Source: Dendrobates tinctorius
Lineage: Eukaryota
Assembly (NCBI RefSeq): GCF_039654945.1
Contig: NW_027361752.1
Span: 44,578,001-44,642,000, forward strand
DNA: 64,000 bases
Direction: 5' to 3'
The notes below the pieces were generated by a model, which saw only the letters and a list, made by a program, of their open reading frames with translations, did not search any database and was not told the DNA's origin. Both the position numbers and the translations under genes were made by a program. This document shows positions 1-12,500 of the stretch, one piece after another (within the stretch, counting starts at the first letter, position 1; every line of letters begins with the position of its first letter).

Positions 1-1184
1 CGCTTTATTCTGCGAGCTATAACTTTATTTTTTCGCTGATGCTGTATGGCAGCTCTTTTTTTGGGACAAGATAAAGTTTTCAGTGGTAACATGGATATTT
101 ATATTCGTCTTTTTGATCGCGCGTTTTTGCACTTTTTATTCGGCGGTATGAGGGTGTGTGCAGACGCTGCGGAATCAGCTGCAGATTAATCCGCACGGAT
201 TTTGCAAAAACCACAGGTCTAAAGACCTGCGGTTTAGTCCTGCGGTTTCACCATCTCCACAATGGAGATGGGAAACCACTGCGGATTCCACAGAAATTAT
301 TGACATGCCAATTCTTTCTGCGGTTTCAAAACCGAAGGAAAACCGCGCAGATTAATCCGCACCGTCTACACAGCGGTTTTTGGTTACCATTCATTTGAAT
401 AGTACTGTACACCGCAGCTAAAACTGCTGCAGGTCCGCAGCGGCCAAAACCGCAGCGGAATCCGCAGAGTGTGCACATACCCTGATAATAAAGCTGTTAA
501 TATTTTTTTAAGGGGTTCACTAAAGGGGGTTAACTAATGGGACAGTTTTATAGGGCGGGTCGTTACGGACACAGCGATACTAAAAGGTGTACTTTTTTTT
601 TTACTTCCAAAAAAATGAATTTATTCAACAATTTTTATAAATTACTTTTTTTTTTACACTTTATTACATTGTCCCGGGGGGGGGGGGGGGGGGGGGGGGG
701 GGGACGACGACGACGACATTATTGTAGTGTCAGATCGCTGATCTGTCACCTTGCACAGCAGTGTGACAGATGGGCGATCTGCGGGCACTGCTGGATGCTT
801 TCTCAGAGCCTGCTCTCAGGCCTCTGCTGCCATATTGGATCCGGGGGGGGGACCTGCAGGGAAGGAGTTCCCCGCAGCAGCGCTACACATCACGCTGCTG
901 TGGGGGTCTCATGGAAGCACGGAGGGAGCCCCCACCCTAAACCCCCGATACACTGCGATCGTGTTTGATCACAGTGTGGCAGGGGTTAACGTGCCAGGGA
1001 CGGTCCGTGACCGCCCCTGACAAAGAGGGCCGGGTGTCAGCTGTGATAATCAGCTGACACCCAGGCGCGATCAGCGGCGCTACCCCCGTGAGCGCCGCTG
1101 ATCGCGATGACGTACTATCCCGTCCCCGGTCATAGGGCCCAGGTCCCGTGGATGGGATAGTACGTCACGTCAGGAAGGGGTTAA
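1..1184. mobile_element. Right part of a non-autonomous piggyBac-like (TTAA) element
   Basis: Ends ...CAGGAAGGGG|TTAA with GC-rich subterminal sequence; hosts a MITE. Confidence 0.55.
152..482. mobile_element. PIF/Harbinger-type MITE
   Basis: TGA|GGGTGTGTGCAGAC...GTGTGCACATACCC|TGA; 3-bp TSD; same family as 36859-37190. Confidence 0.7.
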
Positions 1185-2285
1185 TGACAGAAAACCCCAC
1201 AATGGTGACAGAAATAACTTGAATCTAACAAAAGTTATAAATCAAAAATCTCTGAAAATGAACAAATGAAAGTCAGACATTGCTTTTCAGCCACGCTTCC
1301 ACAGAAATTTAAAAAAAAAAAATGAAACTCATGAAATCGGCCTGGACGGAAATGATGGTCCCTTAACTTAATATTTTGTTGCACAACCTTTTGAGGCAAT
1401 CACTGCAATCAAACGATTCCTGTAACTGTCAATGAGACTTCTGCACCTCTGGACAGGTATTTTGGCCACTCCTCAAGAGCAAACTGCTCCAGTTGTCTCA
1501 TGTGTGAAGGTCGCCTTTTCCAGACGGCATGTTTCACCTCTTTCCAAAGATTCTCAATAGGATTTAGGTCAGGGCTCATAGAAAGCCACTGCAGAATAGT
1601 TCATTGTTTTCCTCTTAGCCATTCTTAGGTGTTTTTAGCTGTGTGTTTTGGGTTATTATCCTGTTGCAGGACCCATGACCTGCGACTGAGACTAAGCTTT
1701 CTGACAATGGGCAGCATATTTCTCTCTAGAATCACTTGATGGTCTTGAGATTTCATTGTACGCTGCACAGATTCTAGACACCCTGTGCTAGTTGCAGCAA
1801 AGCAGCCCCAGAACATAACAGCCTCCTCCATGTTCCACAGTAGGGACAGTGTTCTTTTCTTGATATGCTTCATTTTTCCGACTGTGCACATAGAGCTGAT
1901 GTGCCTTGCCAAAAAGCTCCATTTTTGTCTCATCTGTCCACAGGACATTCTCCCAGAAGCTTTGTGGCTTGTCAACATATAGTTTGGCAAATTCCATTCT
2001 GGCTTTTTTATGATTTTTTTTTTTCAACAATGGTGTCCTCCTTGGTCGTCTCCTATGAAGTCCACTTTGGCTCATACAATGATGGATGGTGCGATCTGAC
2101 ACTGATGTTCCTTGAGCTTGAAGTTCACCTTTAATCTGTTTATAAGTTTTTCTGGGCTCTTTTGTTACCATTCGTATTATCCGTCTCTTTGATTAGCCAT
2201 CAGTTTTCCTCCTGCGGCCCCGTCCAGGGAAGTTGGCTACAGCCCCATGGAGCTTAAATTTCTGAATACTATGTGCAACTGTAGT
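1185..2285 (-). mobile_element. Degenerate Tc1 transposon fragment
   Basis: Frameshifted pieces LWTDETKMELFG, PTVEHGGG, WGCFAA, QQDNNPKHT. Confidence 0.88.
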
Positions 2286-2966
2286 CAAAATTGGGGACCT
2301 TTGACGGAGGTTGCGAGCTTAAGTATTGTGGCCTTAATATAAACTAATACCTCACATATATTGCTATGTGTTTTTTGCACTGTATTTTTTTTTTTTTTTT
2401 TTTCAGGGTGCAGCTGGGCCCAGATGGCTCTGTAAACTGTGGCCTCTGTTCACATGGTGTGCATCTTTTAGCACTGGCTGGCCCGCCTGATCTAATAGTA
2501 TGGGCGTCACTAATAGGTTCAGCTGGACGCTTTGCATTTTCTGTGTGAACACTGTTTTTATTCCGTTTTTTCCTTGCTTAGCATGGTTTGGGAGACCCCA
2601 CCCCTCTCCTGTGTGATGTGCACAAAAGAGCTGTCTCAGACCATAAACCCATACTGTGGAGCGGCCTGTCTGAATCCTGTTCATATTAGACACTGTTCAG
2701 ATGTTCAGGTTTTAAATACATTAGATAGGTACTGGTTCAATTCGGGTTACCTTGACGTTGGTGAGGCAGCTTGGTATACATTTTTTTTGCAAAAAAATCT
2801 CCAATATCTTGTAGAAAACCAGTGTGGGACCCGTTAGAGGGGGATCGCCTTAAAAAGTGTCTATGGATTTATAATGGGACATCATATGTGGAGGTTCCCC
2901 CAGTATTTGTCTCCTTACAACGACAACCACAATGAACCAATATAACAATAGTAAAGCTTTTACGAG

Positions 2967-2972
2967 TTTAAT
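2967..2972 (-). terminator. Candidate DONSON poly(A) signal ATTAAA
   Basis: ATTAAA on the minus strand with a GT-rich tract (TTGGTTCATTGTGGTTGTCGTTG) about 30-50 nt downstream. Confidence 0.5.
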
Positions 2973-3443
2973 AGATATATCATATCCATGATCAATCACA
3001 TATAAAATAATTAAAATTCAGTCTGGCAGTGACATCACTTAAAAAAAAAAAAACACTTAAAAATATGACTTCGCAGTCACATGAGAATTCTTTTTTTTTT
3101 CCCCCCTATAACTTTAAAAATCCACAGTAACATTCACGAGCGTCAACAACTTGCAACCTCTAATGGCCGTCAGCAGGGTGGGATTTCTGCCGCCGACCAG
3201 GGCGACATGCAGCCCGAAACGAAAGGCATGGATTATATCATTTAAAAAGCTAAAAACCGAGTGTTCTGCTCCCACTTCCAGCGCAGGCGCGAGAGACGCG
3301 TCACCTTCAGCGGCTCTTTTCCTCCATAGATCACCACTTTGTCTCAGGACCAGGTTAACACTTCTGGTGAGAAAGGAGAACTTTCTGGCAGCGAGCGCAG
3401 ACGACACACTGTGAATCCGTCCATGCTTCAGTTCGGGAAGCGA

Positions 3444-3581
3444 TCAACATTTCCAAGAGTATTTGTAGTCGTTAAGCTCTAAATGACGTAGTGAAGACTT
3501 TCCCAGCGTAGATAACTGGGTGAATTGTTCTAGCGTGAGCGGATGAAGACCACAATGTGCGAGTTCTGCACCGTCACTCTC
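3444..3581 (-). CDS. DONSON: DONSON last coding exon
   Basis: [20 protein letters not shown]...[20 protein letters not shown]. Confidence 0.92.
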   Translation of the reverse strand, partial: ESDGAELAHCGLHPLTLEQFTQLSTLGKSSLRHLELNDYKYSWKC

Positions 3582-6500
3582 CTAGAAAACGAGGAAAGAT
3601 CATAGATCACAGTGAGCGAGTTTTCCACCTAAAATAAAGTGAAGACTCATCCGATCTACTCTGCGCAGGAACGCGTATGGCCACCACCGTGCATGGGTTC
3701 TGCAGCGTCACGTGAATGGAGCTGGTCTGCAGTACTTATCGCTATATGGACCTTTATCCCTTCCATCGCTATTAGTAGAGACCGTCATGGAGTGGCCACA
3801 GGCAGTAAACGTAGATTTGGACGCTTTCCTACTAAACAACGATTGGTTTGCTGTAGGCGACTCACCTTGCAGTTTTGGGGATGGATGGCCGTGTTGAAGA
3901 CGGTCGTTGGTTCGTGTGTGTAAAGAGATGCTGAAAAGCTTCCTTTCTGTGCGGCCTTAAGCAGCAGCGTCAGAGAATGCACCGTGTGTGGCATCACCGG
4001 GCCGGTAATCTCCAAGCTGAACTGATCTTTATATCCAGACCGCACCTGAGTTTTCACGTTGACTGTCCTCACCTGCAGAGAGAGCGGATGTGACCTACAG
4101 CGCTAGACACTCCATTCTTAAACTTAATTAAAAAAAAACCCCTATTTTCCATATTCCCCATGCCGGACATCATAGTTGTGATCCCACCTTTTGGATCCCC
4201 CTCTGTTACTCAGAGCGAGCTGCATGATCCAACATACTTGTCCTCCTCCCTTAACCCAGCGATCGCCAACTTGCGGCTATTGCAAAACTACACCTTCCAA
4301 CAGTCTGTGAAAGCTGGCAGGGCATGCTGAGAGTTGTAGTTTTGAGGCAATACGAAAAAGTGCCCCCCCCCCCCCCCAATCAGGGCAGATATACATTAAA
4401 AAGTCTTATGACAAAACATTAGGGACCCTCACCTTCATGGTGTGCATCGTAGCTCCCCTGAAAGCCACTGGTGAGAGCAGCGTCGGTGGTAGTCCTGCCT
4501 GCGGACCTGCGGCGGCCACAATGCTCTTACAGTTGATCAAGAAGTTGAGTAACGTGAACGTATTTGCACCTTTGACCAATACGACAGATTCCGGTCTGTG
4601 ATCCAACTTCACTTCATTTTTTTCCTTGCGGCTGTTACAGTATTAGTTAAGGTAGAAACATCATCACAGGGTCAAGAAACTAGAGAAAGTGTTCAGATCT
4701 GGGGTCTGCAATAATAAATGCTTAATGTAGGAATACCAAAGAATTATCATGTATTCTTGTGCAAGAAACTCGTATTATAGCAGAGAAAAAAAATTAAGCC
4801 TGGAAAACAGTCTATACCGCCAATATCACAGATCGGGGTGGACCGCAAGCTCGGCATTACCAGGGAAGGATACAGTTTGATGGAGATCGCATCTGGCTTT
4901 TTAATTTTGTCCTCAACTCCCATCTCTTCCAACCAAGAGAAACTTTCATCTTCGTCGCTGTCCACTTGTGCACACTCCTCGCCTTCGTGCCCGGTTTCCT
5001 GAGTCTTGTCATCAGATTCACACGTTGATTCGGAGGCTTTGGTCTTTTTATTATTGGGGTCATTTGTCACGAGTGGGAGAGAAAAATCGATTCCTTGAGG
5101 GGAAAAAAAAAAAAAAAAAAATGTTTTTTTCTTGTTACAAATCACTGAACCAGAAGTAAAATAGTTGTGTATTTTAATGAAATAGTGATGAGGAAATGAG
5201 ACTGCAGTGACGGGAGTCCGTGTGTGTGATGAGGAGCAAGTGCAGCGCTACAGTATAGGATGGCGCCATATGATGGCTTCCTGGATTTGGTAATGAGCTC
5301 GTACCCAGTCAGTGTGATCTGGTTTGGCGATTTACCTTCATTTTTCATCGCTTCCCTTAAGCCTCGTGTGGTTGGAGACATGACGGCCGTGATGACATCA
5401 CTCCCCGCGATGCCGGCTGCCCGGAAGAGCACCGTGAACTGATACGTGCAGACGTAGAAGTATGGGCACAGCTTGGCTTTCAGCATGTTATACAAAGACG
5501 TGAAACTAAGAGCCCTGCAGGGAAAGAAGGATCAGAGTTGGTCTGGATTCATCCATGGAAAGTCAGCGCAGGGCGCATCAGCTGAGGCGACATTACTCGG
5601 GACCGGACAGACATGGATCGGTCGGGGGACGGCGGCGTCTGCTGTGTGAGCGCCCTGCAGATGTATACAGGACCGACCACTTACCACTCGCTCATTAGCA
5701 CTTGCTGCAGAGCTTCGTCCTGAGCCCAGGGACTGTTTCTCCCTGTCATCTTGCGGTCGGCACCAATCCTGGGGAAGAGCTGCAGCCATGGAAAGGTGGG
5801 GTGAAGCCAGTAGACGAGCGCTTGCTGGAAAGCGCAGCGGAGATCGGTGGACGACTTTGGCTCCTGTGAGGTCACGTTAAAAATATGGAAAAGGAAAGAA
5901 ATTAAAATTTGCATTATTACACCAAAATTCATTAACCCCCCTTAACAATATGTGATGCAGATTTTCATCACAGGCCTTTAAGAGCTGAGCCTGCACCGTA
6001 CGTGGCAGATGTCGGCTGAGAACACAGCCGACATCTGCCTGCAACATCAGCGTCTGGAGCATACTCCGATCACTGCTGTTAGCCATTTAAATGCAATTGT
6101 CAACTGTGATTGATGGAAGCTGATGGGTAAACATGGCTGATATCTTCGGTCTAGGATCCCAGCTTGTGGCATCACTGTATACGCCAATACTGAGGTACTG
6201 AAATATATAGTAAGAGATCAAACTATAGCAGGTTCCCTGAGGGACTAAGAAACTCAAGTCTCAGCTTTGAGACAAGTGTGGGAGAGCACCCACACACGTG
6301 TCATATCAAACTGGGTGAAGTGGAGTCCTCCATTACCGCTATACTGTGCGGCAGGCTGACTGGAGACGCCCGGCAGTGGAGGACGAGGCCCTGAGCTTCT
6401 TCTTGGGCTTTTAAGTGGTCAGTCCAGGTGAACGGCTGAGAAGAGGTGAACAGCAGGCGCGTCTTCAGACTCCAGTCTGCGGGGTACGTGGCCGATGCTT

Positions 6501-9500
6501 TACATGGCTCGGGTGTCGGAATAGGCTTCTCCGGAGTCTATGGGAACAATACGAGAAAAAGGAGACACCTCGGTAAGGCCGGTTTCACACTTGCTTTTTT
6601 TAGCGCTGCGCCTCGTGCGCATTGCTCCCCTATCTTTAACATGGCGGGCACATGGTATAGCGCTTGTACGCGTTCATGAGCGTTTTCGTGCGCTGCATCT
6701 TTCCAGGTGTGCACCCAGGAGCGCCAGACGCAACATGTTGCATTTTTCTGTGCGCCCAACTGCTGCCAAAAAATGAATGCGCACATTAGCGCAAAAAAAC
6801 AACATTACAGTCTATGGGATCGCGCGTGCTAGTACATGCGCACGGACTTAAAATCGCATGTGTTTTTAGAGTTAATGTAAGTAGAATGTAAGTCCGCAAG
6901 GACAGGGTCCCCTCTCCTCTGCACCAGTCTGTCAGTGTAAATTTGTTTACTGTTAACGATGTCTATAACTTTGTATGTTACCCCCTTCTCATGTAGAGCA
7001 CCATGGAATGGCACTATATAAATAAATAGTAATAAGGCGATAAACTGGTTAAATCGCATGCGCAAAAAAAATAGCAAACGCATGCAAAAACGTTTGGAAT
7101 GTGCACGAGTCACAGCGCAAAAAACAGGATTTTTAAGTTGCTTACCGTAAAATCTGTTTCTCGGAGCCTTCATTGGGGGACACAGAGACCATGGGTGTAT
7201 GCTGCTGCCACTAGGAGGCTGACACTATGCACAAAAAAGGTTAGCTCCTCCTCCGCAGTGTACACCCCACCGACCGGCAGGGAATTCCTCAGTTAGTGAG
7301 AAAGCAGTAGGAGAAGCAACAGAATAGATTGAAAAACAGAACAGACAACTCAACTGTAAATAACCAACAAACATAAGGACAGGAGTTGTAGAACTTGGGA
7401 GGGTGCTGTGTCCCCCAATGAAGGCTCCGAGAAACAGATTTTACGGTAAGCAACTTAAAAATCCTGTTTTCTCGTTCGCCTTATTGGGGGACACAGAGAC
7501 CATGGGACGTCCCAAAGCAGTCCCTGGGGTGGGAAACAAACTTCCATCAGGCCAGCGGACTCACCACCGCCGCCTGCAGAATCCTTCTACCTAGGCTGGC
7601 GTCCGCCGAAGTGTAGGTGTGGACTCTGCAGCATTTCACAAACGTGTGAACCGATGAGCAGGATGCAGCTTTGCAAAGCTGCAGCACAGAAGCTCTGTGG
7701 CGTACCGCCCAGGAGGCACCCACTGCCCGAGTAGAGTGGGCCCTGATCCCGGAGGGGCTCCGCGACGCTTAACTCGGTAGGCTTCCAAAATTGCCGATTT
7801 GATCCAGCGAGCAACAGTGGCCTTTGACGCCGGGAGACCTTTCCGCGCCCCGTCTGGAATAATGAAAAGCGACTGTCTTTCGGAAGGGAGTCGTCCTAGA
7901 CAGATAGACCCTTATCGCCCTAACCAGATCCAGCTTGTTGAAGGACCGCTCTCGGGAATGAGCGGGACTCGGACAGAAGGACGGCAGAACGATCTCCTCC
8001 TTGAGGTGAAACGAAGACACCACCTTCGGATGGAAAGAGGGCGGAGGCTGTAGAACCACCTTATCATGGTGAAGTACCAGGAAGGGAGATTGGCAAGAAA
8101 GAGCTGCCAATTCCGACACGCGCCGGACGGAAGTGATGGCCACCAGAAAGGCTACCTTCCAAGAAAGGAGAGAAAGGGAAATATCTCTGATAGGTTCAAA
8201 GGGAGGACCTTGCAGAACCCCTAGAACCAGATTAAGGTCCCATGGATCCACGGGCGCCCGGTACGGCGGAACCGTGTGAGCCACGCCCTGAAGAAAGGTC
8301 TTGACCTGAGGACAGGAAGCCAACGTCTTTTGAAACAAAATGGACAGTGCCGAAACCTGACCTTTCAAGGAACTGAGGGCAAGCCCCGCATCCAGTCCTG
8401 CCTGAAGAAACGCTAGGATTGAAGGGAGCGAAAAAGGCATGGGCGCGAAGCCATAGGACTCACACCAAGTGAAATAGGCCTTCCAAGTACGGTAGTAGAT
8501 CTTGGAAGAAGATGGCTTTCTGGCTCGGATCATGGCCTGAATTACTTGGTTGGAAAATCCTGCTTGTTTCAAAACCTCGGTCTCAACAGCAACGCAGTTA
8601 AAATGAGCGGCCGAGAACTGGGGTGGCAAATCGGACCTTGAGACAGCAGATCTGTTCTGTCTGGAAGCTTCCAGGGGGCGTCCGCGAGAAGGTTGACAAT
8701 GTCCGCGAACCAAGACCTTCTGGGCCAATTCGGGGCAAGGAGAATGACTGGAATTCCTTCTGCCTTGATCTTCTTCAACAGCTTGGGCAGAAGAGGCAGG
8801 GGAGGGAACAGGTAGGGGAGTTCGAACTGCGACCAAGGAACGGCCAGAGTGTCGGCGCCCACTGCCAGAGTGTCTCGAGACCTGGAAACAAACTGTGGGA
8901 CTTTCCTGTTGAGGCGAGACGCCAGGAGGTCTACGTCCGGGGTGCCCCACCGACGGGAGAGCAGAAGAAACACCTCCGGATGTAGGGACCACTCCCCCGC
9001 CGAGAGGCCCTCCCGGCTGAGAAAATCGGCGGCCCAGTTGTCTACGCCGGGAATGTGTACCGCGGAGATTGTCGGAACGGAGATCTCCGCCCAAAGAAGA
9101 ATCTTGGACACCTCCGCCAGAGCTGAGACACTCTGTGTCCCCCCTTGGCGGTTGACATACGCCACCGCTGTGGCATTGTCTGTCTGAATCCGGACAGGCA
9201 GTCCCTTGAGGAGTTTCTCCCAGTGAACGAGAGTCAGATGGATCGCTCGAATCTCTAGGACGTTGATCGGCAGAGCTGAATCCCGATCCGACCATCGGCC
9301 CTGAACCGTGTGGTTGCGGAACACTGCCCCCCAGCCGAGGAGACTGGCATCTGCTGTTACTATCTGCCAGTGAATGGGAAGAAAGGAACGACCCGATAGA
9401 ATGAGAGGCGACGTCAACCACCAGTTGAGGGACCGCTTGATCCGGTATGAAAGATGAACAGGGCAATCCAGGGACAGAGGCGATCTGTTCCACCTCGACA

Positions 9501-12500
9501 GAATGGCCTGCAGGAGAGGTCTGGCGTGAAATTGGACAAAGGGAACTGCCTCTATCGCCGCCACCATCTTTCCCAGGACCCTCATGGCTTTACGGAGGGA
9601 CGGGAGTCGTGTGATCTGTAGCGATCGTACTTCCTGCTGCAGGGAGAGAATCTTCTCTTGTGGGAGAAAGACCCTTGACCGACGAGTGTCGAACCGTAGG
9701 CCGCCTAGAAAGACCAGAGGTTGGGTAGGAATCAGAGAGGACTTTTTCCTGTTGATGATCCACCCGAAATTGGAAAGAGTGTCCAGGACGATTGACAAAC
9801 TTTGGTGAGCCTGTTGAAATGAGGGAGCTTTGATCAGAATATCGTCGAGGTACGGGAAAAGAACGAGACCTCTGACCTTCAATGAAGCCAACAACGCAGC
9901 CATGATCTTAGTGAAGACTCTGGGAGCGGTGGCAAGACCGAAGGGCAGTGCGACGAACTGGTAGTGGTGCTGCCGAATCGCGAGACGCAGTAACTTCTGA
10001 TGTCCGGAGAAAATTGGAACATGTAAATAGGCATCTTGGATGTCTATTGAGCACATGAATTCCTGCTCCTCCATGGAAGCGATGACCGAGCGAAGCGACT
10101 CCATGCGGAAGTGGCGAAGGCGGACCCTCTTGTTGAGCGGCTTGAGAACCAAGATGGGTCGAGCTGCGCCGTTTTTTTTTGTTTTTTTTTCGGCACTACA
10201 AACAGGTTCGAATAGAACCTTGTGAAGCGCTCCGATTCGGGAAAGGGCACAATCACCCCGGAACTGAGGAGAGAGGCGATAGCCGTAGAGAACCCCGAGA
10301 TCAAGGCTGGATCTTTTGGAGGCTGGGATTCGAAGAAACGATCCCGTGGAAGAGAGACGAACTCTATCTTGTATCCTGAGGATACGACCTCCCTGACCCA
10401 AGCTTCCTCTACGGAGGCCAGCCAAACGTCCCTGAAGGAAGCCGATCTCCCAATTGGAAGGACCTCTCGAGTGCCCGACGATAGTCATGCTGAAGTAGAC
10501 TGTCCAGATCTAGATCTGGACGGTCTGCCCTGGGAAGAGTGGGATCACCAGGAAGGAGTGGGTCTGAAGGAAACCTTCTATCCTGGCGAGCCTGCGGTCT
10601 CTGTTGGCTGGAGTTGTCTGCCGTATTGAAACGGCGGAAAGCCCGAAAGGGTCGAAACTGACGCCTTAGTGGAGGACTGCGAGGCTTCGACTGAGGGAGG
10701 AGTGAACTCGTGCCTCCAGAGGCGTCCTTAATAATCTGGTCCGATTGGGACCCAAAGAGGCACACCCCCTGAAAAGGCAGGTTAGTGAGGGACTTTTTAG
10801 AAGACAAGTCCGCTTGCCAGGCCTTTAGCCAAATTGTACGTCGAATTGCAACTACGTTGCTTGACGCCTGAACTGCGCAGGATGCGGCATCCAAGGAAGC
10901 GGAAAGAAGATAGACCCCCGCATGGAAGATCTGATTGGCGAGATCGGCCAAACGCTCCGGTTGCGCTTTATCCAAGATGCCCTGACGAAGGTAGTCTGCC
11001 CACGTGGCTATGGCCTTTGCTGCCCAGGAAGAAGCCAAGCTTGGACATACCGCCGCTGAAGCCGCTTCGAAGGCAGACTTCGCCAGGGATTCTATAATCC
11101 TGTCATTAGAATCCTTTAGGGACGCCACACCTGAAAGCGGGAGAACCATATTATTGGAAAGCCTGGACACGGGCGGATCCACCGAGGGAGAAGCAGACCA
11201 GTTGTCCGTGAGCTCCTTAGCGAATGGATAGAGTACGCCGAGACGCTTTCCTCTTTGAAAGCGTCTGGTCGGATCCTCTCTTTCCCTGGTAAAAATCTTT
11301 CCAAACTCGGAATGGAAAGGAAATACCCTGGAGAGAGTTTCTGCCCGTCTGAACGAAACCTCCTGATCTGAGGATTTCGCAGGGGAGTCAGCAATATCGA
11401 AGGTATGATGGATCGCTGCAATGAGGTTCTGCACTGTGAACTTCATGTTTGCATCCTGGTCTGAATCCAGCTCTAAAATCCCCTCAGATGACCTGTCCGA
11501 AAGCGCTTCACCTGACTCGGGAGAGGCGGCCCGAGTGGGAGGCTGCTGAGAAGGGCTATGCGGTGAGATGGGGCGAGGAGAGGATTCCGGCTGGGTCTTT
11601 TGCGACTAACGCTGGCTGACTCAGATGGAATAACTTGGGACCTGCTTGGCCCTGCCGAAGAGTCCAGGGGCAACGTATCCAGAACGGTCACCAGGGACTG
11701 AGACACCTTGGTGAGGTCTGCCACTGATTGAGATAGAGAGGAGGCCCAGCCAGGCGTGGGGGGGTTCACCCTCACCTGGGGCAGTAGATGGCCCCTGGAC
11801 GGCGTCAGGCTGAAGTTAGACATAGTGAAAAGCTGAGGTAGTGCCGGAAGGTTGGGGGACAGAGGGCGGAGAAGGGTCAGTCTGCAGTGCAGAGCTACTC
11901 ACGGTCCGGTGTCCCCAGAAGCGATGCTCTGCGACCTGTCAGTGGATGCGGGTCAGAGCGAAATCCGGCCGACAGACCACCTGAGCGAAAAACCAGCTGG
12001 CAGATGGTGATATCCGGTGACGAGCTGGTGTCCGGCTGACAGGCTGGGAAAATGGCGCCTGCCTGAGAAAGAGCGCGCGTCCAGGAGAGGAGGGAGGGCG
12101 GAGCACACCACAGGGTTACAACTCTCTGCCCTCTGGCCAATAGCAGGCTGGGCAGGTGAAGGACAGGCGGTGGGAGGGCCTGGGAAGAGCGGGAGAGAAG
12201 CCCGCTTAGAAGAAAGGGGCGGGGGGCGTGGCCGCGACGCTGCGGTAGGCCCGAACTAAAGCCGGGGCCTAAATTAGTTGCGGCGGCCGCCTGTCAGCAG
12301 GGGGTCGGCGCGGAGGTCGGAAAAAGGACGCCGCCGCCGGAAGCCGCGTCCAAGGGAAGAAGGAGAGGAAGAGGCCCTGTACTCCCTGTCCCCAGAAAGG
12401 GGGGAACGCGGGGGCCAGCAATATGGAGCATGGTGTGCCTATGGGAGTAGGGCGACTGCGGGTGACCGCAGCGCCCGCTCCCTGTGCCATTGAAGAGGCG

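Noticed and set aside
675-703. Poly-G run giving a poly-Gly ORF
   Set aside because: Homopolymer inside a transposon; length unreliable
2366-2840. Plus-strand acceptor at ~2407 as a SON 3' exon
   Set aside because: No recognisable SON peptide; SON probably lies outside the window
7769-9493. 574-aa ORF as a host gene
   Set aside because: DIRS recombinase frame overlapping RT/RNase H; its C-terminus is frameshifted
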